From positions 54,560,001-54,624,000 of the forward strand of contig OZ024744.1 in assembly GCA_964016885.1 (NCBI GenBank): a stretch of 64,000 nt of DNA. Direction: 5' to 3'. Positions 17,090 through 29,059 of the stretch are shown here, piece after piece (within the stretch, counting starts at the first letter, position 1; each line of letters begins with the position of its first letter). A model generated the notes under the pieces. It ran no database searches and was not told the origin of the DNA. It worked only from the letters and a program-made list of their open reading frames with translations. Position numbers and translations under genes: made by a program. The stretch comes from Eledone cirrhosa. Lineage: Eukaryota.

Positions 17090-17500
17090 GCAAAAAGCAA
17101 ACAAATAACAAAGCAATTGACACAGTACAATGAAGAAATATATTGGTTTTATGCTTGATATAGTAGGAAAAGAATCTTAACATTTCAGATGCTAGTCCTT
17201 CAACGGAAAATAGAATGAGAAATTAAAAAAGAAATAGAAAGATAGAGGATAATGGGCAGTGGAGAGTTGAGTCCATTAAGGAAACTGGGCCCAAGGCAGA
17301 AAATCAGGCTCTGCTCAGTCCTGGTTCTTGATGTAAAAAGGACTCCTTGGACTGAGACATGTAAGGAAGAGTGGACAGGTGACTGGAAGTGACGTACGAC
17401 GGAGGTATCCATGCCAAGTTGTATGTCCCTCAAGTGTTCAGTGAAACAGTCCGCCAGGCAGCAGCCTGTTGTCAAATGTGTATGGGCCCACAAAGGAAAC
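17090..17500 (-). mobile_element. Penelope-like element 3' fragment (GIY-YIG C-terminus plus pLTR with decayed hammerhead)
   Basis: TGCCLADCFTEHLRDI..VVRHFQSPVHS..EQSLIFCLG..GLN resembles the PLE GIY-YIG tail. It is followed by CCGTTGA-AGGACTAGCATCT-GAAATGTTAAGA, homologous to 29869-29904. Confidence 0.7.
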
Positions 17501-17694
17501 ACTGGAGGGCATAGACAAGATGGATGTATAGGTGAAGGAGTGGCAGATACAGAAAGAACTGTTAGTGTGCCTGTGAGATTGGTGAGGTTAGAAAGGAAGG
17601 AACAAGTGTTACAGCAGGGGCGAGAATGGACGGGAGACATGTGGAGTCCTAGAGGAGCAGGGGAGAATATACGTTACAGGAGTTTACGGGCATG

Positions 17695-18260
17695 CCTTTA
17701 GCATTTCCATTACTCTCTATATACTCTTGTATTTTCATGGTAAAGGCTTTACCTCACATAACATTTCCATTACTCTATATATACTCTTGTATTTTCATGG
17801 TAAAGGCTTTACCTCACATAATATCTCACATAACATTTCCATTACTCTATATATACTCTTGTATTTTCATGGTAAAGGCTTTACCTCACATAATATCTCA
17901 CATAACATTTCCATTACTCTATATATACTCTTGTATTTTCATGGTAAAGGCTTTACCTCACATAATATCTCACATAACATTTCCATTACTCTATATATAC
18001 TCTTGTATTTTCATGGTAAAGGCTTTACCTCACATAATATCTCGCATAACATTTCCATTACTCTATATATACTATTGTATTTTCACAGTAAAGTTTTTAC
18101 CTCACATAATATCTCATATAATATCAAATTTATGAGATTTTGATATTATTTATTTTGAGAATAATACCTTAACATCAGTATAAGTGGCCAGTTATGGCCG
18201 GTTTGAACAGAAAGAGGTGAGAGAATTCTGGCCGGACATGGCCAGTTTAAATGCTAAATG
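17695..18260 (+). mobile_element. piggyBac-type MITE with internal 72-bp tandem amplification (about 6 units)
   Basis: Homologous to 25288-25507. Unit CATTTCCATTACTCTATATATACTCTTGTATTTTCATGGTAAAGGCTTTACCTCACATAATATCTCACATAA is repeated from 17702 to about 18120. Confidence 0.8.
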
Positions 18261-18652
18261 TCCTGCTCCCTCTCCACCTCATCAAACAGGGCCCTCTTCT
18301 ATGAGCAGGGCCCCCTCTTCAAACACAGCTCCTGCTGCCTTTTAAAAAGGAGACCCTGGTCATAAACATAGTGCTGTGTATGGTGTATATGTAGACATAT
18401 GTATGTATAGTTTATCGATGGTGCTTAATGTGTATATATATATATTTATGTGTGTGTATGTGTGGTTATATGCTTGAGAGAATGTGTGTGTGAATGTCTG
18501 TATAAGTGTATACACAATGACCATTCCTTTCCTACCTCCATTATTTGATGCACTGGGTATTGCTGGCCTTGTGCCTAAAGTAGAAACAATTATTTGATCT
18601 CATGATCTGGTATATTTGAAGAAATTAAGATCTTTTATAATATATTTAGTCT

Positions 18653-18716
<64 letters not shown>

Positions 18717-18718
18717 GA

Positions 18719-18768
<50 letters not shown>

Positions 18769-18794
18769 TGCTTAGATGTATATATATATCAACA

Positions 18795-19000
18795 GTCGAA
18801 TGACTTTCGTCAAATCGGACCGAGGAAACAATGTTCCCATTGGTCTTTCCAATTGCTAGTACTATCTATCCGTCACAAATCCAGGTAGAAGGAGCAACGT
18901 GAAATAAAGTGTCTTGCTCAAGGACATAACGCATCGCCCGGTCCAGGAATGAAACTCACAACCTCACGATTGTGAATCCAATTCTCTAACCACTCAGCCA
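18795..19000 (-). mobile_element. tRNA-derived CORE-like SINE
   Basis: Reverse complement of 16378-16595. Confidence 0.8.
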
Positions 19001-19119
19001 TATAATATATATATATATAACCAAAAGTTTAACAAGGTTCATTGATTAATCAATGAATAAAGTTTTACAATAGATTAGAAGCACTCAACAAAGAGGTTTT
19101 CTGGAGTTATTAATATTAA

Positions 19120-19435
19120 TTCAAAATATTAATAAATATAGACATTCATGTGATCAGATATATTTTATTATACATATTTCAGAGGTACTGAGCTATTTCA
19201 TCAGTACGTCCTCACCAGATAAAATAAATTGATGTCTGACATATCTCAACTGTGCTGATGGTTCAATTCCAGTCTTGGCAGTCTGGAATTGAACCATCAG
19301 CACAGTTGAGATATGTCAGACATCAATTTATTTTATCTGGTGAGGACGTACTGATGAAATAGCTCAGTACCTCTGAAATATGTATAATAAAATATATCTG
19401 ATCACATGAATGTCTATATTTATTAATATTTTGAA
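19120..19435. repeat. Perfect 153-bp inverted repeat (10-nt spacer) of a hammerhead-bearing pLTR-like element
   Basis: 19120-19272 is the exact reverse complement of 19283-19435 by eye. Each arm has TATTTTAT-CTGGTGA...GAAA-TATGTAT-A-ATAAAATA. Confidence 0.9.
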
Positions 19436-19436
19436 G

Positions 19437-19500
<64 letters not shown>

Positions 19501-19547
19501 CAAAATATTAATAAATGAAGACGTTCACATAATCAAAATATATGTTT

Positions 19548-19585
<38 letters not shown>

Positions 19586-19826
19586 TTTCACTCTACATGG
19601 CTGAATACAATAAATGTAATCTGAGATTTTCGAATATTAATAATAACATTCGTTTGCAATTATGCAAACAAGCCTCAATTTTATAGCCATGTCAGTAGAA
19701 TAAACCCTTCATTCTTGCTCTTGTGTTGGCATGTGAACAGAACTGCAGTGACTGATCGGCCTGATTTGCATATTAGCAGACTGGCTGATCAGTCAGATCT
19801 GCATATTAGCAGATCTGACTGATATA

Positions 19827-21086
19827 CAGGGTGTGGACGATATTTGTTCGCAATTTTCAACTGCTAATTTTATGCAAATTTTTTTTGCTTCTGTTGTCAC
19901 TCTTGTCTTCATAAAAACTGATTATATTTCCATTATTTATTTTCAGAATAATTGATTATGAATAATTTGAACCTCCAAATTTGTGGAAGAGACACGGAGT
20001 TCTTCTTGGAATCCACGCCGGGAGGACAAATAAGGAAATTTCAGACTTTCTCAGCGTCAGCAGGAGAATGGTGGAAAAGGTCAGAAAGGAATTGGAAGAT
20101 TCAGGATTCGACTACGAAGCAACATCAGAGAGGACGCCTTCAGAATGCTCGAGTTCATCGCTGAAGTTCAGGATATCATCAACAATAAACCTAGCAAGTC
20201 GATGCGTGCCATTGCAAGGGAGAAAGGCGTGGATGAAAAGCTCATTAGGCTGGTGGTACATGAAGACATTCGCTATGTTTCATACAAGATGAGGAAAGGA
20301 GAATTTCTGTCAAAGGCGATGCAAGAAAAGCAACTGAATCACGCAAAGAAGCTGATCAACAAGTTGAAACACCCACTGGCTCAGACATGTTGTGGTTTTT
20401 CTCCGACGAGAAATACTTCTGCCAAGACCAGACGATCAACTTCCAGAACAACAGGTGGCTCGCTGTCTCATCCAAAGACGTGCCCAGAGTCATGCAGACA
20501 AAGTTTCCAGCAACATTGGTCTTAGGTGTCGTCAGCAGTCAAGGTGACGTGATACCACCTCACTTCTTCCCTGAGGGCCTCAAGCTGAACACACGATGGC
20601 TACATCCGCCTTCTGGGCGAGGTAGTAAAGCCCTGGATCGACCAGGTAGCTGCAGGTAGGCCGTACGTGTGGCAGCAAGACTCAGCGCCCTTCCATACCA
20701 GCCGAAAGACCCAAGCCTGGCTGTCAGAGAACTTCGTTGACCACACTTCACCTGACATCTGGCCTCCCAGCTCGCCTGACTGCAACCCCCTCGACTTCTT
20801 TGTGCGGGGGCATAGTGGAACGAGACACCAACAGATCTAGCTGCAATACGAAAGATGATCTGAAGGCCAGGATCACAAGTGCCTTTAGTTGGGGGACAGT
20901 GACGAAGGCCTGTAGCCGGTTCTGAGGCCGTCATTAAAGCCAATGGTGGGTTTATCGAGTGAGATCGAAAGAACAAGTCATGAAGACAAACTGACCCAAG
21001 TTTGATAAATATATCTTAAAAAATAAAACTACTGTGTTATTTTTTCATAGACAGTAATCTTGCAAACAAATATCATCCGCACCCTG
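19827..21086 (+). mobile_element. Tc1/mariner DD37D (maT) transposon with frameshifted transposase
   Basis: TA-flanked TIRs CAGGGTGTGGACGATATTTGTTCGCAA / TTGCAAACAAATATCATCCGCACCCTG. Motifs WFFSDEK, WQQDSAPFH and WPPSSPDCNPLD, with 37 residues between the second and third Asp. Confidence 0.9.
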
Positions 21087-21109
21087 TATATGTGTGTGTC
21101 TGTGTATAG

Positions 21110-23296
21110 AAAGAGTTATAACACAGTTGATTAGGGGCCAGGTTAACCTAGATGAGATGCAATTCGGATTTATGCTCTCTTCCTTGTGCAGCCGCTATAA
21201 GAGAAGTACCTAGCTAAAAGTAAGCCGTTTTAATTGGTATTTGTTTATCTGGAGAAAGCTTTTGATAGAATGTCTTGTGTCATAATCTGGTGGGCTCTTA
21301 GAAAACTAGGAGTAGATGAGTGGCTTGTGAATGAGGTACAAGCCATGACGAGCAGTAAGGAAAGTTATGATTAACGACTATAGTAAGGAATTTAGAGTGC
21401 AAGTTGGCATCCACCATTAGCCCTCTCCTGACTATTATCATTCTGCAGGCTATAACAGAGAAGTTTATGACCTGCTGCCCATGGAAACTCCTGTATGTAG
21501 ATGATCTTACATTTAGAGCCAAGTCTATGGCAGAATTAGAGAAGAAATTCCAAACCTGGAAGCATGGCAAGAAACAAAGGGTCTTAAAGTCAACCTGACA
21601 AAGACTAAGGTCCTAGTAAGTAGAAGAAAAAACAGAGCCCTGATACCCTTGAGGAAATGGCCATGCTCAGTGTGTAAGAAAGGTGTAGGTAGAAATTCAA
21701 TCCTCTGTCCCAAATGCAAACTAGGGATACTCAAGAGAGGTAGTGGGATCACAGGTAATTTAGCTAAGACCGTGGTGTCTTGTTTATTTCCTTATGTGTG
21801 AAGGTAATTGTACAAGGAACAGTAATTTACAAATTTATATTGCAACACAATGAAACACAATAAACTGTAGAACTGTTGAACTGAAGCGAGCATATAATAA
21901 TAATTGTTTCTACTTTAGGCACAAGGCCAGCAATTACTCAGTGCATATAATAATAATAATAATTGTTTCTACATTAGGCACAAGGCCAGCAATTACTCAG
22001 TGCATATAATAATAATAATAATTGTTTCTACATTTGGCACAAGGCCAGCAATTACCCAGTACATAATAATAATGAATGTAATTCTGTTGCGACAGAAATA
22101 ATTGTGTACTCCTGAAACCATCAGAGTATACTTTGAACCCTTATTTAACTGAAGCATAATATATAGGCAAAAAATACAGGTACACTTGAAAAATCTGATT
22201 GTAATATGATTGGCTCATTAAATAATTAAACAATCACACAACACTTGTTAGATATTACTCAATACGAGTTCAATACATGACAGTAGGTTTTACATGTAGC
22301 CGTTGCACCGGAGCAATAAGTAGCAAATGACCTTAGGAAACAAGTACTATCAAAGGTTCGGTAGCTTCTGCTACCTCGGTAACCAAATTAGCAGTGGAGG
22401 TGGGTGTTCCCAAAGTACAGTAGCCAGAGTAAGAATGGGATGGAAGAAGTTCAGAGAGCTACTACCACTCTTAGCTACAAAAGGGTTTTTCCCTCAAAAT
22501 AAAAGGCAGACTGTATCATGTGTGCATATGATCAGCAATGTTGCATGGTAGTGAAACCTAGGCACTGAGTGAAGAGGACTTACGAAGATTGGAAAGCTTG
22601 CATGATTTGATGGATGTGTAATAGTAATATATGTGAACTTCAAAGCATAAACAAACTGGGCATAAGCGGGATCAGATGGAGTGTGCAGGAGAAGGGATTG
22701 TTTTGATATGGACATGTGATGCATATAAAGGATGACAGCTACATAAAAAGGTGCAGAGTGCTCAAAGTTGATAATAAGCCATGGAGTAGGAAGACCCAGG
22801 AAGTCTTAGGATCATGTGATAAAAGCTGACCTTGCACAATTGCATTTCTCAGGACCAAGATCTCTGGTGATATGCAGTAATACAGAAGATCCGCCTTCCC
22901 ATTTGCTCATGCTGAAGCATACATCTGGTATGCACCACCTTCACCCTCATCCTTCCTTCCATACATCTCCCACGTCAAAATACTCTACCCCTCACACATG
23001 CCCATATACCCACCTCCCTAATCCCCATATACCCACCTCGCTAATCCCCACCATTCCCACCAAGCCCCAGCCCACACTCTAAAGTGGTTGTGTAGTTGTC
23101 ACGATAACAAGCACCCAATACTCACAATAAATATGGTTGGCATTAGAAAGGGCATCCAGCTGTAGAAACCTATCTAAAATCAGTTCTGCATGAACAAGAC
23201 ATGGTCTATCTTGACTTGGCCTATCTCACAACAGAACAACTCATTTAACCCATGCTAGCGTGAAAAATGAACGTTAAACGGAGTTGATGATGATGA
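21110..23296 (+). mobile_element. Degraded RTE family A copy interrupted by a ~500-bp insertion (about 21775-22280)
   Basis: DLEKAFDR, LSPLL..PWKLLYVDDL, PHD segment, FCYLGNQISSGGGC..GWKKFRELL, 3' UTR and GAT tail. Confidence 0.82.
21894..22073 (-). repeat. Three tandem copies of the MetaSINE 3' end
   Basis: ATAATAATAATTGTTTCTAC(T/A)TTAGGCACAAGGCCAGCAATTACTCAGTGCAT three times. Confidence 0.8.
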
Positions 23297-23337
23297 TAAA
23301 TATATGTATGTATTTATGTGTATATATAGTATATATA

Positions 23338-24100
23338 TCATCATCATCATCATCATTTTATGTCTGCCTTTCCCTGCTTGCAAGGGTGGGACGGGTCCTA
23401 TTCAGCACAGCATCTCTCCACTTGTCACAGTCCTTCGTCATCTCCACCGTGAGCTTCAGCGATCTGAGGTCTGCTCTCACCACCTCCACCCATGTTTTTC
23501 GTGGTCTACCTCTACCACATCTTCCTTCAGCTGGCATTTCTTGCCACTTCTTCACCCATCGGTCATCCTCCATGCGCATCACATGTCCATACCATTGCAG
23601 TCTCCTCTCCCGCACACTACATTCTATCCCTCTCAGACACAGTTTCTCCCTCAACATATCCATGCTGGGTCGTTCTTGCACATTGACATTGCACATCCAA
23701 CGGAGCATGCTTGCCTCATTTCTCTCCAGCCGTCGCATATCCTCTGCAGTTGCTGCCCATGTCTCACTACCATGCAGCATTGCGCACCTCACACAGGCAT
23801 CATATAACCGGCCTTTTGTACGCAGGAAGAAACCCTTCTTCGTCAGCAGAGGAAGCAGCTCCCTAAACTTCTTCCAACCATCCTTATTCTAGATACTATG
23901 GCCTCGGAACACCTCCCTCCCATGCTAATCTGGTCTCCTAGGTACCGGAAGCTATCCACCACTTCTATAGCACCCGCCTGCATTTGAAAAATGTATCTAC
24001 CAATGCGCCTTCTACTATCAAATTTCCCTGTACATCTACTGCATGTATTTCTCCCTACCTGTTAGTTTACCTGCTATCCCACTACATCTCTTGTGTACCC
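23338..24100 (-). mobile_element. RTE-clade LINE family B, 3' fragment
   Basis: [46 protein letters not shown]. The ORF stop is immediately followed by (GAT)n. Confidence 0.88.
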
Positions 24101-24240
24101 AAGAAAGTGTAACAAAGAAAGTGTGGTAAGGAACTAGGTGAACCATAACGCACCAGAGTACTCAATACTTAGGGTAGTAGAGTGGGTAATAGGAAAAGAG
24201 TCAGGACCCCGACAGCTGAGCTCCGGCATTTCGACATCTG

Positions 24241-24707
24241 AAAACGTGTGTTGAAACAGATATTGTTATACTTTGGGTGGGTTATGTTGGCAATAAAAAC
24301 ACACACCCCTGTTGGTTTCACTTCAATTTATTAAGAAAAAAAAAACCAAACTAACAAAACAAATCAAACACACACAGATAGAACAAACAACTTACTAGTG
24401 ACAAATAAATAAACACATAAATAAATAAATAAAAACACACACGGATGTAACGCATGCGCAAACTAAGCACACAACACACAACACACAACACACAAAAACA
24501 AGATGGTGTAGGGTAGAACAAAGGAGAGACACACAAAATAAAAAAAACTGAGGAGGTCACAGAATGTGTGACAAAGGAGCTTTATAAACAACCTTCTGGT
24601 TATCAAACCAATCAACCAACCGGAAATTTATAATAAATTAAAGTAAAAACCAGCAGGTGTGTGTGAGTTTTTATTGGCAACATGACCCTCCCAGAGTATA
24701 ACAATAT
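24241..24707 (+). mobile_element. Solo pLTR of the 60.4-64 kb Penelope family with an inverted terminal segment and decayed hammerhead
   Basis: 24350-24707 matches the 3' region of the 60-64 kb PLE (GCATGCGCAAACT; CTGAGGA-GGTCACAGAATGTGTGAC). 24260-24330 is the reverse complement of 24634-24707. Confidence 0.78.
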
Positions 24708-24975
24708 ATATATATATATAACACGATAAATTAACGGAGCCATAGACTCTCGTTATTCCCTGTCAATAATGTGCTCAAAGGAAAAGGAATCCTGAGCTCT
24801 TTAAAATACAATATGTAGAAAGGGTAACACACTAGAGAGAGAGAGATAGTGTGCCATCAATAAAACAGGGAAAACCACCAGTGTATGAAATCTATAATCT
24901 ATGGAAGGCAGGGTAGACACGCAATAATTAAAAATATAAATTAAAATGTATATACGCACCTCTATAACTATATAA

Positions 24976-25060
24976 CACACGTGTACAAATCCAGAGAGAT
25001 CTGTTTCGCCAGGAAATTGTTGACTGAAATGGAATAGCCTATGGGTCATCAGCGCGTGTA
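24976..25060 (-). ncRNA. Type I hammerhead ribozyme with full stem III
   Basis: Minus strand reads TACACGCG-CTGATGA-CCCATAGG...CCTGGC-GAAA-CAGATC-TCTCTG-GATTTG-TA-CACGTGTG. 7-bp stem III, GUA triplet, stem I 7 of 8 pairs. The host element (about 24722-25066) is flanked by (TA)n. Confidence 0.7.
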
Positions 25061-25287
25061 AGACAATATATATATATATATGTATATATATCATGAGTGT
25101 GTATATATATATATATATATGCATATGAAACCACGGTAGGGAGATCTATATATAAGCAAAGTTAGACAGAAAAATAATGTTTCCGTCTATCTTGTATATA
25201 CTAGAGATTTTTTCTCATTTAATATTGCTTCTCTGAAAGATTTCTTTTATTGAGATGTTTGGGTATTAGTGACTGATTAACCTTTAA

Positions 25288-25507
25288 CCCTTTAGCATTC
25301 ACATTACTCCATATATACTATTATATTTTCATGGTAAAGGCTTTATCTCGCATAATTATCTCACATAATATCGAATCTATGAGATTTTGAAAGTATTTAT
25401 TTTGAGAAGAATACTTTAACATCAGTTTGAGCGACCAGTTACAGTCAGTTTGAACAGAAGGAGGTAGAGAATTCTGGCTGGTTTTGGCTGGTTTGAACAC
25501 TAAAGGG
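25288..25507 (+). mobile_element. piggyBac-type MITE (220 bp)
   Basis: TTAA-CCCTTTAG...CTAAAGGG-TTAA. Confidence 0.85.
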
Positions 25508-26034
25508 TTAATTAATATATACATATTATACAATATATGCAGAAATAAATAATTAAGGAAATTCAACCTGTCTGGCATCCTGTCATTTTATTCTATAATA
25601 TATATATATATATATGACTCCCGCACCACCAACATGATTCAACTTCAAAGATGGATGACTTGCATACTGTCGAATGCTTTTCTCATCATGGTTAACATTG
25701 CAGAATGACCAATTCTACCCAGTGGTAAACCACCAAATTTAAACGTATACATATATATATATATATATGTGTGTGTGTATGTATCTATGTGTATTTATAT
25801 ATATATATATATAAACATACAATAAGAGAACAACTTCAATCAACTGAGACTTTGTTTTTCTTCTAAAGACATTGGTCAACCTGTGCCTATTGACAAAGGT
25901 GCAACACATTGGGAAAAGAACTGAAATCACATGGTTGTGGAGCAAACCTATTAACCAAACAGACTTGTCATATTTGTTTATGTCTCTATCTGTCTATGTA
26001 TATATGTATGTATATATATATATATATGTATGTA

Positions 26035-26456
26035 TCCAAAATCACCGGGAGAGATGACCCCTTAGCCTTTGTCAAGGCAGAATTCTAGGAGAAGGAAAAC
26101 TCTGATATAACACCTGCAACCCTGATGGTATCCAATGATGTTGACTTGTTCTTCTTTTTGGTAAATATCATCTTGGTTAAGAGAGTGGGACTGGCTTTGT
26201 GCAGCGCCTTTGCTCACTATAAAAGCTTCACGGCTCAGGCATTGCTTTATATCTGGAGATCTCTCTGCACTTGTCGTCACATGGTACCATGGGCCCAGCA
26301 CTATGTGTCATTAATTGTCACAAGTGTAGTGTTTGTACCAGAGTTTTCAAGTCGCTGGCTGGACTAAAAAGTCACACTCGTTCAGCGCATCGGTAGGGGT
26401 TCTCCTACATGGATATAAAGTAGTGGCCGTACTCGAAAACGAGTTGGCAGCCACCA
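26035..26456 (+). mobile_element. 5'-truncated copy of the non-coding RTE-related element at 57900-58510
   Basis: Near-identical to 58088-58510, with TAGGAGAAGGAAAACTCTGA and the same 3' end GAGTTGGCAGCCACCAT. Confidence 0.75.
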
Positions 26457-26529
26457 TGTATGTATGTATGTGTGTGTGTGTATGGATGGATGCATGGATG
26501 TATGTATATGTGTATAATTGTATGAATAC

Positions 26530-28356
26530 ATCATCATCATCGTTTAATGTCCATCCTCCACGCTAGCATGGGTTGGATGGTTTTGTTCCACTTGAGGCGG
26601 GTTTTCTATGGCTTGATGCCCCTCCTAACACCAACCACATTTACAGTGTGGACTGGGAGCCTTTTTACCGTGTCTCCTACACGACCACTTTACAGTGGAC
26701 AGAAGTGGGTGGATGGAGTAGGGTGTATGGATGGGGTGTATATTGGGTTAGAGGTGCCTACTGACTGTAGGTTTAAGTTTGTATGCGAAGGAAGGCAGGT
26801 TTCTGTACAACTACATAGCGCCAAAGATCTCGATCCAGTGACATTGTCTTAGAGAGGTATAAATGAGCAAGGTCAGTTTTTTTCACCTTGTCCCAGGTTT
26901 TTCTTGGTCAACCCACTCCATAGCATCCATCATTCTTCCAGTACTTTTTTTATACAGCTGTTGTCCTTCATACACATCACATGTCCATACCAATGCAATC
27001 TCCTCTCCAGAACACAGCATTTGATCCCTCTTATGCTTAATCTCTCTCTCAATTCGTTTATGGTTTGCCGTTTGCATACATTACTATTACACATCCATCA
27101 GAGCAGGCAAGCTTCATTTCTTGCTAAGCTACACAAGTCTTCAGCACACAACGCCCAAGTCTCATTACCATGTAATATTGCCATTTGTATACAGGCATCA
27201 TACAATCTACCTTTGTTTTTAGAGAAAAACCCCTTGTGGCCAACAGCAGTATTAGCTCTCTGAACTTTTTACATCCCGTTTTAACTCTGGCTACTGCACT
27301 TTCAGAACACCTTCCTCCACTGCTGATTTTGTCACCTAGGTAACAGAAGGTGTCCACTATTTCTGTAGAACTATCTGGGCAGTTAAAGGAGATAGCATCC
27401 AGTGGGTCCTTGCTACTTACTCCACCTGAGCATCGGCCACATATAAAGTCTACATTCTTAGATAGCTTACCTGTGATCCCACTACATCTTTTATGTACCC
27501 ACAGTTTCCATTTGGGGCATAGAATGCAATTTCTACCTACTCTTTCTTACACATTGAGCATGACCATTTCCTAGAGGGCACCTGTGCCTTATTCTCCTTT
27601 CTACATACTAGAACTTTAGTCTTAGACAAGTTAACTTTAAGGCCTTTTGATTCTCGACCATGCTTCCATGTTTGGAATTTCTTCTCTAGTTCAGCCATCG
27701 ATTCAGCTATGAGAGTTAGATCATCTGCATGTAGAAGTTCCCATGGGCAGCCGGTCTTGAACTCCTCTGTTATAGCCTGTTGGACAATAATAAACAGGAG
27801 GGTGCTAAGGACGGAGCCATGGTGAACCCCTACTATTACACTAAATTCTTCACAATATTCATTATCATCGTTTAACGTCTATCTTCCACGCTAGCATGGG
27901 TTTAGCTAGCATTGTTAATTCTAACCTTGCTGACTGTTGCTCTATACATGGCTTGTACAGCTCTCACAAGCCACTCATTTACTCCTAGTTTTCTAAGAGC
28001 CCACCAGATAATAGAGGGGGGGGACTCTGTCAAAGGCTTTCTCCAAGTCAACAAAGGCTAAGTAGAGGGATTTACTTTTAGCTAGGTACCTCTGTAGTTG
28101 CCGTACATGGAAAAGAGCATCTGTGGTACTTTTACCTGGCACAAACCCAAACTGCTTTTCATCTAGATCAATTCGGTCTCTAATCAGTTGAGTAATAACT
28201 CTTTCTGTGACCTTCATGACCTGGTCAACTAACTTAATGCCCCTATAGTTTCCTCTATCTAGGGCATCTCCTTTGCCCTTGTAACAGTTGACGATGATGC
28301 TGCTACACCAGTCATTTGGTATGACCCCATTCTGTATTACTTGGTTTACTATCACA
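26530..28356 (-). mobile_element. RTE family A copy (RT to 3' tail)
   Basis: IPNDWCSSIIVNCYKGKGDALDRGNYRGIKL..QFGFVPGKSTTDA..FVDLEKAFDRVP, PHD segment, FCYLGDKISSGG, 3' UTR. Confidence 0.88.
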
Positions 28357-28745
28357 GTATGTCACATGTATATATATATATTCAGGGACATTTAAATGTG
28401 TATTTATTATTTTATTAGTGGGATATGTGGTATATAAAAGTGTGTATGTGTGTGTGTGCGTGCGTGTGTGTGTGTGTACATGTGTGTACGTGTGTGTATT
28501 TGTGAGCAGCTCTGAAATAATAAACTATATGTTTTGCATGATATCTATAAAAAAAATCAACAGTCATGTTGATGCAGAAATGGTTGTATGGTGAAGATGT
28601 TAGCTTAGTGACCACATGGCTCCAATTTCAATCCCACTGCCAGTTACCTTTCCAGTTGTCTTCTACTGTAGCTATGTGTAGGGCCATATTATTCATAAGG
28701 TTGGCTAGGATGAAGCATAGTGGCCCATAATTTTTTTTTTGGGGT

Positions 28746-28965
28746 CCTTTAACATTTAAATCGTCTATATCCAGCCATAATTCTCTCACCTCTTTCTGTT
28801 CTAACTGGCAATAACCAGCCACTCATACTGATGTTAAGGTATTGTTCTCAAAATAGAAAATATCAAAATCTCATTGATTCGATATTATGTGAGATAATTA
28901 TGAGAGGTAAAGCCTTTACCGTGAAAATACAATAGTATATATAGAGTAATGTAAATGCTAAAGGG
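28746..28965 (-). mobile_element. piggyBac-type MITE
   Basis: Reverse-orientation homologue of 25288-25507, ending CTAAAGGG-TTAA. Confidence 0.78.
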
Positions 28966-29059
28966 TTAAGGGCTTGAAGAGGCTCAAAATACCTGAAATC
29001 TCCAAAATGGCTGCCTGAAAACACATCCTTTTTTTCTCAAAAATTTTTTTCTGTTCCTT

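Noticed and set aside
17692-18143. 72-bp repeat array as a CRISPR array or repeat protein
   Set aside because: Units are head-to-tail with no unique spacers, derive from a MITE, and there are no cas genes.
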